NCBI GenBank assembly: GCA_030425805.1
Contig: JAUHZC010000001.1
Coordinates: 301,302-365,301, forward strand
Reading direction: 5' to 3'
DNA length: 64,000 nt
From: Alphaproteobacteria bacterium
GTDB taxonomy: Bacteria; Pseudomonadota; Alphaproteobacteria; JAUHZC01
The notes below the pieces were generated by a model, which made no database searches, was not told the origin of the DNA, and saw nothing but the letters and a program-made list of their open reading frames with translations. Positions 47,849-57,569 of the stretch are shown in pieces (within the stretch, counting starts at the first letter, position 1; each line of letters starts with the position of its first letter). The translations under genes and the position numbers were made by a program.

Positions 47849-49441
47849 ATGCATTTTTTTGTTGTTTTTGTCTTTCTCCTGCTCACATCCTCACTGAAGG
47901 CTGCAATTGTTCCTGCCGATGCCCCAGCAGCAGCCGTGCGTTATTTGAATGGCCATTCGGGGTGCTGGACCAGATTTTGGGCACACCGTCGAATGTCCCC
48001 AGCAGAACGTCAAGCTGTTGCCGTAGACTTTCGTGAACTTGCTACAAACACCCCTACAGAAGATGAAGAGCCCGGGTTTGAGGCCAAGCTGGCCCGAAGT
48101 CTCTACACTGTCCAAATTCGACACCGTACTCACTATATGAGCATGCTGAGAGCACTCCTACTTCCTGATATTGCAGGCATGGATACATGGCAGGTATTGG
48201 AACATGCGAACCAACTTAGAATACATTTTTCATCAGATCCGGCTGATCGACTGGACGGGTGCCTCACTTTTGCACAGCAAATGCGAGGACTTCCTGGCAT
48301 TACTCCAAATCTTATGACTGCGTTTCGGAGCCTTCTCTGGTCCGAGCTTAATCCTACAGATGCTTTTGAAGATTTCAGGGACAATCTCCATTGCTTTGTA
48401 GGACGCCTTACACCACACGGCCAGCAAATGGTCACGCAGAGTTATCTCACCCTTCTTCACTCTCGCCCCAGAATACCTCTTCGGGGCCTTCTGCGTGAGC
48501 TACGGAGGCAGATTGAAGTAAGAGCAATCAGCCTCGAAAACCTCTCCATGCAGGTCCGTGGATTTATAGATGCTACCGAAGCAGATACTTTTGTTTGGTC
48601 TTTTCAGTGTGTTTTACGGCGTTTTCCTGAACTAGCTAGCCAATTTCATTCAGAGCTCACAGTCTATGCGCCATCTGATTATGAAAAAATAGGGGAAGAC
48701 TTTCCTCTTATCATTCAACAGGCAGTACTCCTTTACCATCCTGAGCTAGGAGCAATGGGCTTTGATATCATTATGAGAGCAATTTCCAGGGCCGTTGCAG
48801 AAGTCCCTTCCTTTTCAGAACTTGATACTGCAGCACAAAGCGAGCGGTGTGAACTGGTAGGTGATTATCTTTTTAAGGCTATCCAACCTTTTGTAAAGGC
48901 TAAGCATAAATCTCCCTATCTCCTTATGAGAGATTTGCAACTTGAAAACGCTATTAAAACTTTATTGGGATATTCAGCAGAAGATTTACGGCATGAAGCA
49001 TCAGAACGAGAACCTGAAGAAGCTGACCCTTCATCACTTGTTGCAGAGTGTACAGGTTTGGTATTTCACCCGGCTCTAAGCCCTGATCGGCATGGAATCA
49101 TTCGTGAAGAAGTAACCCACCTCTTAGCGGGAGATAAACCTTACCCAACACTAGATACCTCAACACAGAAAGAAAGGTGTAGAGTCGCAGGAGCCTACCT
49201 CTCTACAGCCATTGATCCTTTTGTCAATGATAGTCTTATAGACCCTTATACCATAATGGAGCTTACTGATTTTAGAGAAGCAATAAGCACACTTTTAAGT
49301 CGTACTCAAAGGTCTTTACAAGTTATGGGGGTTGCAATCAGCCCAAAAAGTAAACGTCGCAGGTTTAATAAATTTGACAGTTCAAGATCTGTTGCTGATA
49401 GTCCAACGCGAAGGGTTCGAACCCGGGGCTTAGAAGTTTAA
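47849..49441 (+). CDS. exported orphan protein with internal ~110-aa repeat and basic tail
   Basis: Signal peptide MHFFVVFVFLLLTSSLKA. Repeat LDT..Q.ERC...G.YL..AI.PFV.....PY..M......AI.TLL occurs twice. The tail reads SPKSKRRRFNKF...RRVRTRG. Confidence 0.55.
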   Translation: MHFFVVFVFLLLTSSLKAAIVPADAPAAAVRYLNGHSGCWTRFWAHRRMSPAERQAVAVDFRELATNTPTEDEEPGFEAKLARSLYTVQIRHRTHYMSMLRALLLPDIAGMDTWQVLEHANQLRIHFSSDPADRLDGCLTFAQQMRGLPGITPNLMTAFRSLLWSELNPTDAFEDFRDNLHCFVGRLTPHGQQMVTQSYLTLLHSRPRIPLRGLLRELRRQIEVRAISLENLSMQVRGFIDATEADTFVWSFQCVLRRFPELASQFHSELTVYAPSDYEKIGEDFPLIIQQAVLLYHPELGAMGFDIIMRAISRAVAEVPSFSELDTAAQSERCELVGDYLFKAIQPFVKAKHKSPYLLMRDLQLENAIKTLLGYSAEDLRHEASEREPEEADPSSLVAECTGLVFHPALSPDRHGIIREEVTHLLAGDKPYPTLDTSTQKERCRVAGAYLSTAIDPFVNDSLIDPYTIMELTDFREAISTLLSRTQRSLQVMGVAISPKSKRRRFNKFDSSRSVADSPTRRVRTRGLEV

Positions 49442-50551
49442 CTACACCCGCATCGGCATAACAACATAGATCGAAGAGTTCTCTTGGGGATCTTGGATCA
49501 AAGCTGCTGTTGCGGTATCTTTAAGGGCAAACTGGGCTGTTCCACCTGGCATTTGATCTGCAACATCCATCAAGTAAGCGGCATTAAAGCCAATCTCCAG
49601 AGGATCACCCTCATAATCGACTAAAATCTCTTCAAGTCCAGAGCCGTTCTCATTGCTCACAGCCTTGAGGGTCATTTTGCCTCTTTCAACACTGAGGCGA
49701 ATCCCCCGCTCCTTCTCAGAAGAAACCGTGGAAACCCGATCAATTGCACTGGAAAATTCCTGCACATCCACCTGGATCATCCGATCATTTGCTGCCGGCA
49801 CGACAGCTTCATAATCAGGGAATGTTCCATCAATCAAGCGGGTGGAGAGGAAGATATCCCCAACACTAAAGGTTGCCTGCGTGTCAGATGTAGAAATTTG
49901 GACATTCTCATTCGTTTCCTGGAGAAGGCGAATCAACTCATTCACAGTCTTGCGAGAGAGAATAATACCAGGCATGTCCTCAGCTCCTTGAGGAATTCCG
50001 ATAGACGTTTGGGCCAATCGGTGACCATCTGTTGCCACAACCCGCATTTCTTTCCCGTCTTTGATATGGAAGTGCACACCATTCAGGTAGTAACGGGTCT
50101 CTTCATTAGACATCGCAAACCGTGTCTTGTTCAGCAAATCCTTCAGTACAGGGCTTGGCAATTCAAAACTGTGAGGAAGGTCTTCTTGCTTGATGGCAGG
50201 AAAGTCCTCTGGCGGCAAGCAAGGTATCCGGAAGTCAATCTTCCCGCAAACAATCTCTGCCTGGCCTGTTTCTGCATCATAATGAACAGTAAGATCTGCT
50301 GTGGCAGGCAATTTCCGAACGATGTCATGCAGCATATGTGTTGGCACTGCAATGGTTCCTGGCACATCTACTGTAGACTCAATTTTCTCAACCAAGGACA
50401 TCTCAAGATCCGTAGAGGTCATGGAAACAGCATTCTCCTCAGCCTTCAAAAGCGTATGGGAGAGAATCGGCACAGTCGTGTGCTTCTCTACAACTTTATG
50501 ACCGTGGGCCAGGGCTTTGAGAAATGTTTTTTGGGCAACAGTAAACTTCAT
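49442..50551 (-). CDS. dnaN: DNA polymerase III beta sliding clamp
   Basis: 369 aa. YLNGVHF, ATDGHRLA, and C-terminal YVVMPMRV. Confidence 0.95.
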   Translation of the reverse strand: MKFTVAQKTFLKALAHGHKVVEKHTTVPILSHTLLKAEENAVSMTSTDLEMSLVEKIESTVDVPGTIAVPTHMLHDIVRKLPATADLTVHYDAETGQAEIVCGKIDFRIPCLPPEDFPAIKQEDLPHSFELPSPVLKDLLNKTRFAMSNEETRYYLNGVHFHIKDGKEMRVVATDGHRLAQTSIGIPQGAEDMPGIILSRKTVNELIRLLQETNENVQISTSDTQATFSVGDIFLSTRLIDGTFPDYEAVVPAANDRMIQVDVQEFSSAIDRVSTVSSEKERGIRLSVERGKMTLKAVSNENGSGLEEILVDYEGDPLEIGFNAAYLMDVADQMPGGTAQFALKDTATAALIQDPQENSSIYVVMPMRV

Positions 50552-50643
50552 GGGAGACCCCTTCTATCAAGAAATTTCTATTATATAGGTGTACCCTATC
50601 TTACCATCTGTGAAAAGAGGATTTCACCTTTTTGCATAAAGTT

Positions 50644-51453
50644 CTAGGCTCTTTCTTCACCATATCCATCAAATCCAGGCCCAGGGGAAATATCATGAGC
50701 ACCATCTGCTTCCCCACCAACCTCATCTGGATCACAAAACCCTCCGGTTCCAAGATCACTCCTCTTTTCTGCTCCTCCTGTCTCGCCTCCCCAACTCATC
50801 AGCCTAAGCCGTTTCTCTTCCAAGGCCTTCACTTGGAGGAAATTGTACAACAAGACTCTTTGGGTATGTTCTCCTTTCGGCCCTACCGTTTCTAAATCCA
50901 TAAGCAACTCTGCTACCCTCTCAGGGCTTTTGAAATACACTAGAGCGACTCTTGCAAGCTCTATAAGGCTATCAAATTCTTCTTGAGGAGTATCCTCACC
51001 AAGGAGCACGCTACATTCAATTTTTCCTCCTCTGGAAGCAAGTGTATAGACTGTTTTATTATCCCAGTAGCTTTTGCCTATCTTTCCAGGACATGTATAA
51101 GTTTGATAAACCGTAATCACCAGCTCTTTATTTAATCTCCCTGCTCTTGCCCTAAAAGATCCCTTCCGACTACAACCAGCGCAGGCTAGATCACAATGAT
51201 TAAAGCGCCCCCCATGGACACCCCTTCCCTGAAATACGCCATGTGCGCCATGGAGGGCAGCTCTTAGCGAGTCTTCATGGCAAGCTACCCCTGGTACGTG
51301 CCCCTCTGCTTTAACATCAGAAACCGTGCCAAAAGAAGCCAGCCCTGCTAAAGCCCCGCCTGTTCTGAAGATCCTTAAAACTTCTGCCCTGGCTCCCTGC
51401 CCCTGTGCCGGCACCATTAACAAACAACATAGACTCAAGAGAACTTTTTTCAT
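50644..51453 (-). CDS. exported Cys/Gly-rich orphan protein
   Basis: Signal peptide MKKVLLSLCCLLMVPAQG. Motifs C58-H-E60 and C87xxxC91xxC94. Confidence 0.55.
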   Translation of the reverse strand: MKKVLLSLCCLLMVPAQGQGARAEVLRIFRTGGALAGLASFGTVSDVKAEGHVPGVACHEDSLRAALHGAHGVFQGRGVHGGRFNHCDLACAGCSRKGSFRARAGRLNKELVITVYQTYTCPGKIGKSYWDNKTVYTLASRGGKIECSVLLGEDTPQEEFDSLIELARVALVYFKSPERVAELLMDLETVGPKGEHTQRVLLYNFLQVKALEEKRLRLMSWGGETGGAEKRSDLGTGGFCDPDEVGGEADGAHDISPGPGFDGYGEERA

Positions 51454-51682
51454 ACTTCACCCATTCTGCTTTTAGGGCTAGCTTAACCAAGCTAACCTCT
51501 AGCTACAAGCCCTTTGCAGCTATGAAGATATACTGAGAATGGAAAGTACAAAAAATGTGCAGCAAGAACCCTGTAAAGCAGAAAAATTTGCCTGCTTTCA
51601 GGCTTACAACTACTGCAGGAGGAGATGGCGAATCCTTTAGACCATGGCATCATGGCCAAAACAAAAGACGTAAAGCATACAA

Positions 51683-51702
51683 TCTCTTAAAACCTTAAGA
51701 GA
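51683..51702 (-). terminator. AT-rich hairpin after rsfS
   Basis: TCTCTTAAaaccTTAAGAGA. Confidence 0.35.
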
Positions 51703-51714
51703 TCACTCGCTATC

Positions 51715-52128
51715 CTAAGCCCCTCTGGACTCAAGCTCGAAGTCGGCTTGCCACATCTTCTCAAGATTGTACATGGCCCGCACATCTGGTTTAAAGAGAT
51801 GAATGACCACGTCCCCCGCATCAACCAGGATCCAATCAGAGATTGCCTTGCCTTCAACGTGAATACTTGACGCCCCAACGCGCTTGAGTTCTTGCTCTAA
51901 CCAAGTTGCAAGAGACTGCAAGTGCCGCTGGGAGGTCCCGCTGGCAACAATCATATAATCAGCAATGGTTGATTTATTTTCAAGAGGAATGACAACAATA
52001 TCTTCGGCTTTGCGCTCGGAGAGAACTTTGGAAGCCAGTTCACAGAGTGAAACACTTCCCTGATACGTTTTGTTATCGTTAATCGGAACAACTCCACTTG
52101 TTACACTTACAGTGTAACAGAAAAACAA
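51715..52128 (-). CDS. rsfS: ribosome silencing factor
   Basis: DYMIVASGTSQRHL and W.LVDAGDVVIHLF motifs. Starts 9 nt after obg. Confidence 0.85.
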   Translation of the reverse strand: MFFCYTVSVTSGVVPINDNKTYQGSVSLCELASKVLSERKAEDIVVIPLENKSTIADYMIVASGTSQRHLQSLATWLEQELKRVGASSIHVEGKAISDWILVDAGDVVIHLFKPDVRAMYNLEKMWQADFELESRGA

Positions 52129-52137
52129 CCTATCAGT

Positions 52138-53193
<1,056 letters not shown>

Positions 53194-54543
53194 TTATGCA
53201 GAACTACTGCTGCTTGAACTTGAAGTTCCAGCACTGCTTGCACTTGCAGCCCCAGCTTCGTGGGGCGTTACAACTTCACTACCAATGCTTGCTAGTTTTT
53301 CAGCAACAAAGGCCTCAACCTTTGAAGGATCTGCAGCTAGCATTTCAGAAACATGCTTTGCATCTTCTAATGCAGGCCCAAGCTCATCAGCGATCATCCA
53401 GAGGGGAAGGATATTTGTTAAAGAACCACCGACCGGCACTTGACATCCATCTGGCATCATATGGGTATCACTAACAGCATAAACTATTCCATAAAGACCA
53501 GAAGTACGAGAAAGATGGACAAAAACAGGTGCCCCACTTGCGCCATGAGATGGGAACCCCTCTAAAGGTGAATGCTCCCCCACCTTAAAAGGTTCTCCGA
53601 TACAATTTCCCAAGCTATGAGCAGCCAATTTAGACTCGCGAGATTCAAAGAGCTCCCTAAGACAAAAGGCTGTTTTGAAATCTGCAATTTTACGATCATA
53701 GCACACAGCTTTCTTTCCTTTAGTGTGCTCACAGACGGGAGAGCTCCCAAAGCCTACACACGTTATCCGCCCCATGAGAACATTTAGAATATAATATTCT
53801 CCCGCAGCCTCCATACCAAAAAAACGATAAACCATATTTAAAAAATTAAGCGGAAAAAAGCTCCATGAATTTTTATATACCAAATAAGGGATACCTGAAT
53901 TATCAAGGATAGGAGGTGGAATGCATGCTTCAATTTCAGCAAAGTCACCATGCTTTTTTCCTGGATCTAAAATAAGAAGCGCCCAATCCGTTCCTTGATG
54001 ACTCGGCACTCCTTCCGGGTCATCTGCAGGCAGACGAGAAGAAACCCAAGCAAAAGGTAATAATTCTGCCCTCTGCGTGATTTCTTCTCCATCTAAAAAT
54101 AAAACCTCGCCCTTCCCCTCAATAGGGACAAAACTAAAATTTTCTTCTGTTAAGGCTGCTGCTTCGTTACTTACAACATGCGCATTTGTCAGAAGAATAT
54201 TTGGAGCAACAAGGACCCCTGTCCCAACATTTGTCACTGCTCCACCACCTTTTACATAAATCATCCCAACAGCTAGAAATTCTTTATGCTCTGGATGGCG
54301 TGCATAAGCCCTCATCAAATCATAGGCTTTATTGGCATCAAACCCTTTGGGCAGCACCCCAGTAGAAACCCTTGTAAATTTAACGCCTAAATCACGACTA
54401 GGTGTCACGAACGGCATCGTTGACATTAAAGCTTCTGTATCAAACACCTTGAATTCTCCTGCGCCTGAAGTAGTATCTGCAACTGCCCCAAACACAATTT
54501 CACGACTCACAAAATACAAAAAAAAGAGAAATATTTTTCTCAT
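53194..54543 (-). CDS. secreted trypsin-like (S1) serine protease
   Basis: Signal peptide. Triad contexts are LLTNAHVV (His), GTDWALLIL (Asp) and HGASGAPVF (Ser). Ser-rich tail. Confidence 0.8.
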   Translation of the reverse strand: MRKIFLFFLYFVSREIVFGAVADTTSGAGEFKVFDTEALMSTMPFVTPSRDLGVKFTRVSTGVLPKGFDANKAYDLMRAYARHPEHKEFLAVGMIYVKGGGAVTNVGTGVLVAPNILLTNAHVVSNEAAALTEENFSFVPIEGKGEVLFLDGEEITQRAELLPFAWVSSRLPADDPEGVPSHQGTDWALLILDPGKKHGDFAEIEACIPPPILDNSGIPYLVYKNSWSFFPLNFLNMVYRFFGMEAAGEYYILNVLMGRITCVGFGSSPVCEHTKGKKAVCYDRKIADFKTAFCLRELFESRESKLAAHSLGNCIGEPFKVGEHSPLEGFPSHGASGAPVFVHLSRTSGLYGIVYAVSDTHMMPDGCQVPVGGSLTNILPLWMIADELGPALEDAKHVSEMLAADPSKVEAFVAEKLASIGSEVVTPHEAGAASASSAGTSSSSSSSSA

Positions 54544-54730
54544 CAGAAACGTCCTCTATTTGCTTATATGTAGAAGTAAAATTCAAAAAATCCAGAATTA
54601 ACTGTGGATTACTTTCTCTCTCAAAATTTCAGAGGTGACCCGGTATCTAGTGCCATTTTCTTCCCCACAGAAACATGAACTGAACATCTGAACAAATCTC
54701 ATTATTTACTCTAAGTAGAAAAAATTTTCT

Positions 54731-54751
54731 AAATTGCGAGAGGTTTATGCA
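54731..54751. repeat. 21-bp direct repeat, partner at 53180-53200
   Basis: aaattgcgagaggtttatgca is identical at both sites, 1551 bp apart, bracketing the protease gene. Confidence 0.9.
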
Positions 54752-54774
54752 TAAGTAATCACATCCCACAAAAA

Positions 54775-54795
54775 ACCCCGGACTTGGTCCGGGGT
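54775..54795 (-). terminator. terminator of the Pro-rich gene, built from a REP-like hairpin
   Basis: ACCCCGGActtggTCCGGGGT followed by a T-run on the minus strand. It is the reverse complement, with one mismatch, of the hairpin at 18111-18131. Confidence 0.75.
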
Positions 54796-54801
54796 CTTTA
54801 T

Positions 54802-56805
54802 TTATTGAGCAACTGGTGCTGGCGCAGGGGCCGGTGGTGGTGGCGGTGAGGCTGGAGCACCCTGCTGTGGCATTGGAGATGGCTGACCAACTTGCCCTTG
54901 GGGCGCTTGAGGCTGTTGTTGTGGATACCCGTAAGGAGGATATGGTGGGTAATATCCATATGGAGGTGGTGGTGGATAATATCCTTGTGGGGCCTGACCA
55001 GCCTGCGGGGTTGCAGGTGCCGCACCAGTACTAGGCGCTTGACCACCCTGGGCAGGAGGTGCTCCATATGGACCCTGAGGAGGATATCCATAAGGAGGAT
55101 AATACCCGTAAGGAGGAGGATAAGCCCCAGGTTGTTGTGGGCTTTGTGGCGCACCTGCAGAAGGTGTCTGCGGGGCACCTGGGACTCCAGTTGCTGGAGT
55201 TTGCCCCTGAGCACCTTGAGCAGGAGGGGCTCCGTATGGTGTTTGAGGCGGATATCCATAAGGGGGATAAGAAGGATAGGGAGCACCCTGTCCTGGAGTT
55301 TGACCTTGTCCACCTTGGGCAGGAGGAGTTCCATATGGACCCTGGGGAGGATACCCATAAGGAGGATAATATCCGTAAGGAGGAGGATAAGCCCCAGGTT
55401 GTTGTGGATTTTGTGGCATACCTGCAGGAGGCATCTGCGGAGCACCTGGGACTCCAGACTGTCCACCTGGAACAGGTTGGGCTGGAGTAGTACCAGGAGC
55501 TTGCCCCTTCACTCCTCCTTGGTGCACAATCATGTAGATCTTGAAGTAAAAGACGACACGTCCCAAAATTGGATCTTGCTGAGCATAAGGAGTGAGTTGA
55601 TTCATTGCCATAGCAGGATCCATCTGCCCGGTTTTCAAACCATCATAAACTGTATATACATTCACGAGGTAACCTAGCTTTGGGTCACTTGCAGCTGCGC
55701 TCTGGAGCAATTGGATCACAACTCCAGCAGGCGTTGACATCGGATCCGCTAGATATGATTGAAAGCCAACCAAAGCCTGTCCAGCAGCCTCATTTCCTTC
55801 ACGCTTGGAAGCCTCAAGGCGCGCAACAATAGTCTGCTCAAGCATGATTTTCCCAATTTCATTCAAATCCTGAGGACGCTGCGTAAAGATCATCACAGCT
55901 CGCAAAACAGCAACCGAAGACTCAACCCGCGGATCAACTGTAGCGTACATTTCCATAAGTGCCATTGCCTGGACTAATGTTAATTGACCTTGCTCATATG
56001 CAACAATAGAGGCCATTGCTGTCTCTGCAATGACACGCTCTCTTGGTTGAAGGGCCGCATTCAGCTTTTCTTGGATATCTCGCTTTACCACACCAACAGC
56101 TGCACCAATAGCCTGCTGCGGGTTTGCACGACCTGCAGCAATATCACGTACAAGCTGCTGAGATTGAGGATCAATCTGAGCCTGGGAGAGCAGTAACTCC
56201 ACAGCAATCATCTTTGCCATCATCTCTGGATTGTCAGAATATGCCATAATGCTTGCTGAATTGTAGAGCGCTGCCAGAGTTGGATCAGACATAGCGTAGG
56301 CTTGAAGAGATCGCTGCGCAAATTCCTTTGCTGCAGCTTGGGGATCTCGAATTGTCTGTGCAGTTTGAACCACTCCACTATAGAGTGGGTTATTTTCAAT
56401 AGTTTGTTGCGCCTGTGTTCTACCAGCAGACACAGCTGCGTTAAACATTGCTCCTAGAATTCCAGTTGCAGCTTGCTGGTGCTGCTTCACGTCTCTTAAT
56501 CCTTCTGTCGTGACGCGCTGGTCAACCTGATAACTCTGTCCCTGTGCTAAAGACCCAGGCCCAGGATACGCTTGAGATGCTGAAGGCGCCATTGGAGCTT
56601 GAGCTGTTGAAGCTGCAGCCATACTGGCCGAAGGAGCAGTGGGAGTTGTTGTTTGCTGCGGACGTTGTTGCGGAACAGGTTGCGTTAGAACATCCAAAGT
56701 CCCCTTAGCAGCTTTTCCTAGTCCTTCTGTAAAGGACTTAAAGAAATTTGCGTGGGCACTTCCAGCAAAAAACAAAAAAATTAAAAATATAGACAAATTT
56801 TTCAT
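54802..56805 (-). CDS. exported protein with Q/A-rich helical domain and Pro/Tyr/Gly/Gln-rich repeat tail
   Basis: Signal peptide MKNLSIFLIFLFFAGSAHA. The C-terminal ~240 aa consists of PGAYPPPYGYYPPYGYPPQGPYG-type repeats. Confidence 0.7.
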   Translation of the reverse strand: MKNLSIFLIFLFFAGSAHANFFKSFTEGLGKAAKGTLDVLTQPVPQQRPQQTTTPTAPSASMAAASTAQAPMAPSASQAYPGPGSLAQGQSYQVDQRVTTEGLRDVKQHQQAATGILGAMFNAAVSAGRTQAQQTIENNPLYSGVVQTAQTIRDPQAAAKEFAQRSLQAYAMSDPTLAALYNSASIMAYSDNPEMMAKMIAVELLLSQAQIDPQSQQLVRDIAAGRANPQQAIGAAVGVVKRDIQEKLNAALQPRERVIAETAMASIVAYEQGQLTLVQAMALMEMYATVDPRVESSVAVLRAVMIFTQRPQDLNEIGKIMLEQTIVARLEASKREGNEAAGQALVGFQSYLADPMSTPAGVVIQLLQSAAASDPKLGYLVNVYTVYDGLKTGQMDPAMAMNQLTPYAQQDPILGRVVFYFKIYMIVHQGGVKGQAPGTTPAQPVPGGQSGVPGAPQMPPAGMPQNPQQPGAYPPPYGYYPPYGYPPQGPYGTPPAQGGQGQTPGQGAPYPSYPPYGYPPQTPYGAPPAQGAQGQTPATGVPGAPQTPSAGAPQSPQQPGAYPPPYGYYPPYGYPPQGPYGAPPAQGGQAPSTGAAPATPQAGQAPQGYYPPPPPYGYYPPYPPYGYPQQQPQAPQGQVGQPSPMPQQGAPASPPPPPAPAPAPVAQ
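54880..55470 (-). repeat. in-frame tandem repeat, period 267 nt
   Basis: 55040-55190 and 55307-55457 are near-identical. Flanking units are degenerate. Confidence 0.85.
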
Positions 56806-56904
56806 TTTGACAACTTCTATACATATCTACAATTCCATTATTTGTCATTTTGATTAAAATATTACTAAACAAAGTCAAATAAAAATTATTTCCTCAAAAA
56901 AATC

Positions 56905-56948
56905 AAAGATTAGCATTTTTTGACATTAAAAAGATCATCAATTAATAT
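56905..56948 (+). promoter_or_regulatory. near-consensus sigma70 promoter carrying the conserved 21-bp element
   Basis: aaagattagcatttttTTGACA (56920-56925), a 17-nt spacer, then TAATAT (56943-56948). Confidence 0.6.
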
Positions 56949-56990
56949 TCGAATCGACCTTAGAAAGATAATAAAGAAAGGGGACAAGGC

Positions 56991-57074
56991 GTGACCAAGT
57001 TACTCAAAAAAATTTTTAAAGCTATCTTAAACCACCCACAAATTCGAAGGCTGAGCTACTATCTCTCCTTATAA
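56991..57074 (+). CDS. candidate 27-codon small ORF (unannotated)
   Basis: A GTG is preceded by aaaGGGGAcaaggc. It reads VTKLLKKIFKAILNHPQIRRLSYYLSL*. It lies about 40 nt downstream of the promoter above and ends 9 nt before the convergent DUF952 stop. Confidence 0.3.
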   Translation: MTKLLKKIFKAILNHPQIRRLSYYLSL

Positions 57075-57083
57075 GGGTAAAAG

Positions 57084-57479
57084 CTATGCGTTTGGACGCT
57101 TTTCCACAGCAGCAATAGCTTCTCTTGGGAGCGCTCCATAATAATGAGGATACTTATCTGTTCGGGATTTACTATATTCTAGAACTAATTTATCTTTGAG
57201 CACAGATGTCTTGAGCTTTACAATAATGACAAGGGGTTCGTCTTTCATGAACTTCTTCAGGATCCGATCCAATTGGTGAATCATGCTGATGTGGATATAA
57301 CCATCTTTTTTGTCTAAAGCTGTTCCCTCAAACTTTCCATTTTCTTGAAAAGACTTCCACTCTGCTGGTGTAAGCGCCTTGTAGATGAAGGCTGGAAGAG
57401 AATCCTGAACATTGTCTGATGCTGCAAACGATGTTGTCATGATAAAGAGCCCTAAAAATACACGCAAAAAAGATGTCAT
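57084..57479 (-). CDS. DUF952-family protein with signal-peptide-like N-terminus
   Basis: IYKALTPAEW...DGYIHIS...YPHYYG pattern. The ATG at 57479 gives MTSFLRVFLGLFIMTTSFAAS; the ORF is open to 57560. Confidence 0.7.
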   Translation of the reverse strand: MTSFLRVFLGLFIMTTSFAASDNVQDSLPAFIYKALTPAEWKSFQENGKFEGTALDKKDGYIHISMIHQLDRILKKFMKDEPLVIIVKLKTSVLKDKLVLEYSKSRTDKYPHYYGALPREAIAAVEKRPNA

Positions 57480-57569
57480 AAAATACCTCTCGTTAAAAAG
57501 CATAACCTGTTTCACTGACCCAGAAAAGAGAGACTTGAGTCTTCTGCAAAAATCAGTCAATACTGCCCT

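Noticed and set aside
50552-50643. Possible replication origin or DnaA boxes near dnaN
   Set aside because: I saw no TTATCCACA-like boxes, and there is no dnaA gene in the window.
49898-50647. 249-aa plus-strand ORF
   Set aside because: It is antisense to dnaN.
54880-55470. Possible CRISPR-like or satellite array
   Set aside because: The repeats are 267-nt in-frame coding units with no unique spacers. This is a coding tandem repeat.
54798-55677. Several 140-260-aa ORFs on both strands (54798-55466, 54892-55677, 55059-55490)
   Set aside because: They are alternative frames of the Pro-rich tandem repeat. Long open frames are expected from the biased repeat composition.
56821-56900. CtrA-like TTAA-N7-TTAA box (ttaaaatattactaa) upstream of the Pro-rich gene
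   Set aside because: It is only a near match (TTAA-N7-CTAA) in a very AT-rich spacer, and such matches are expected by chance.
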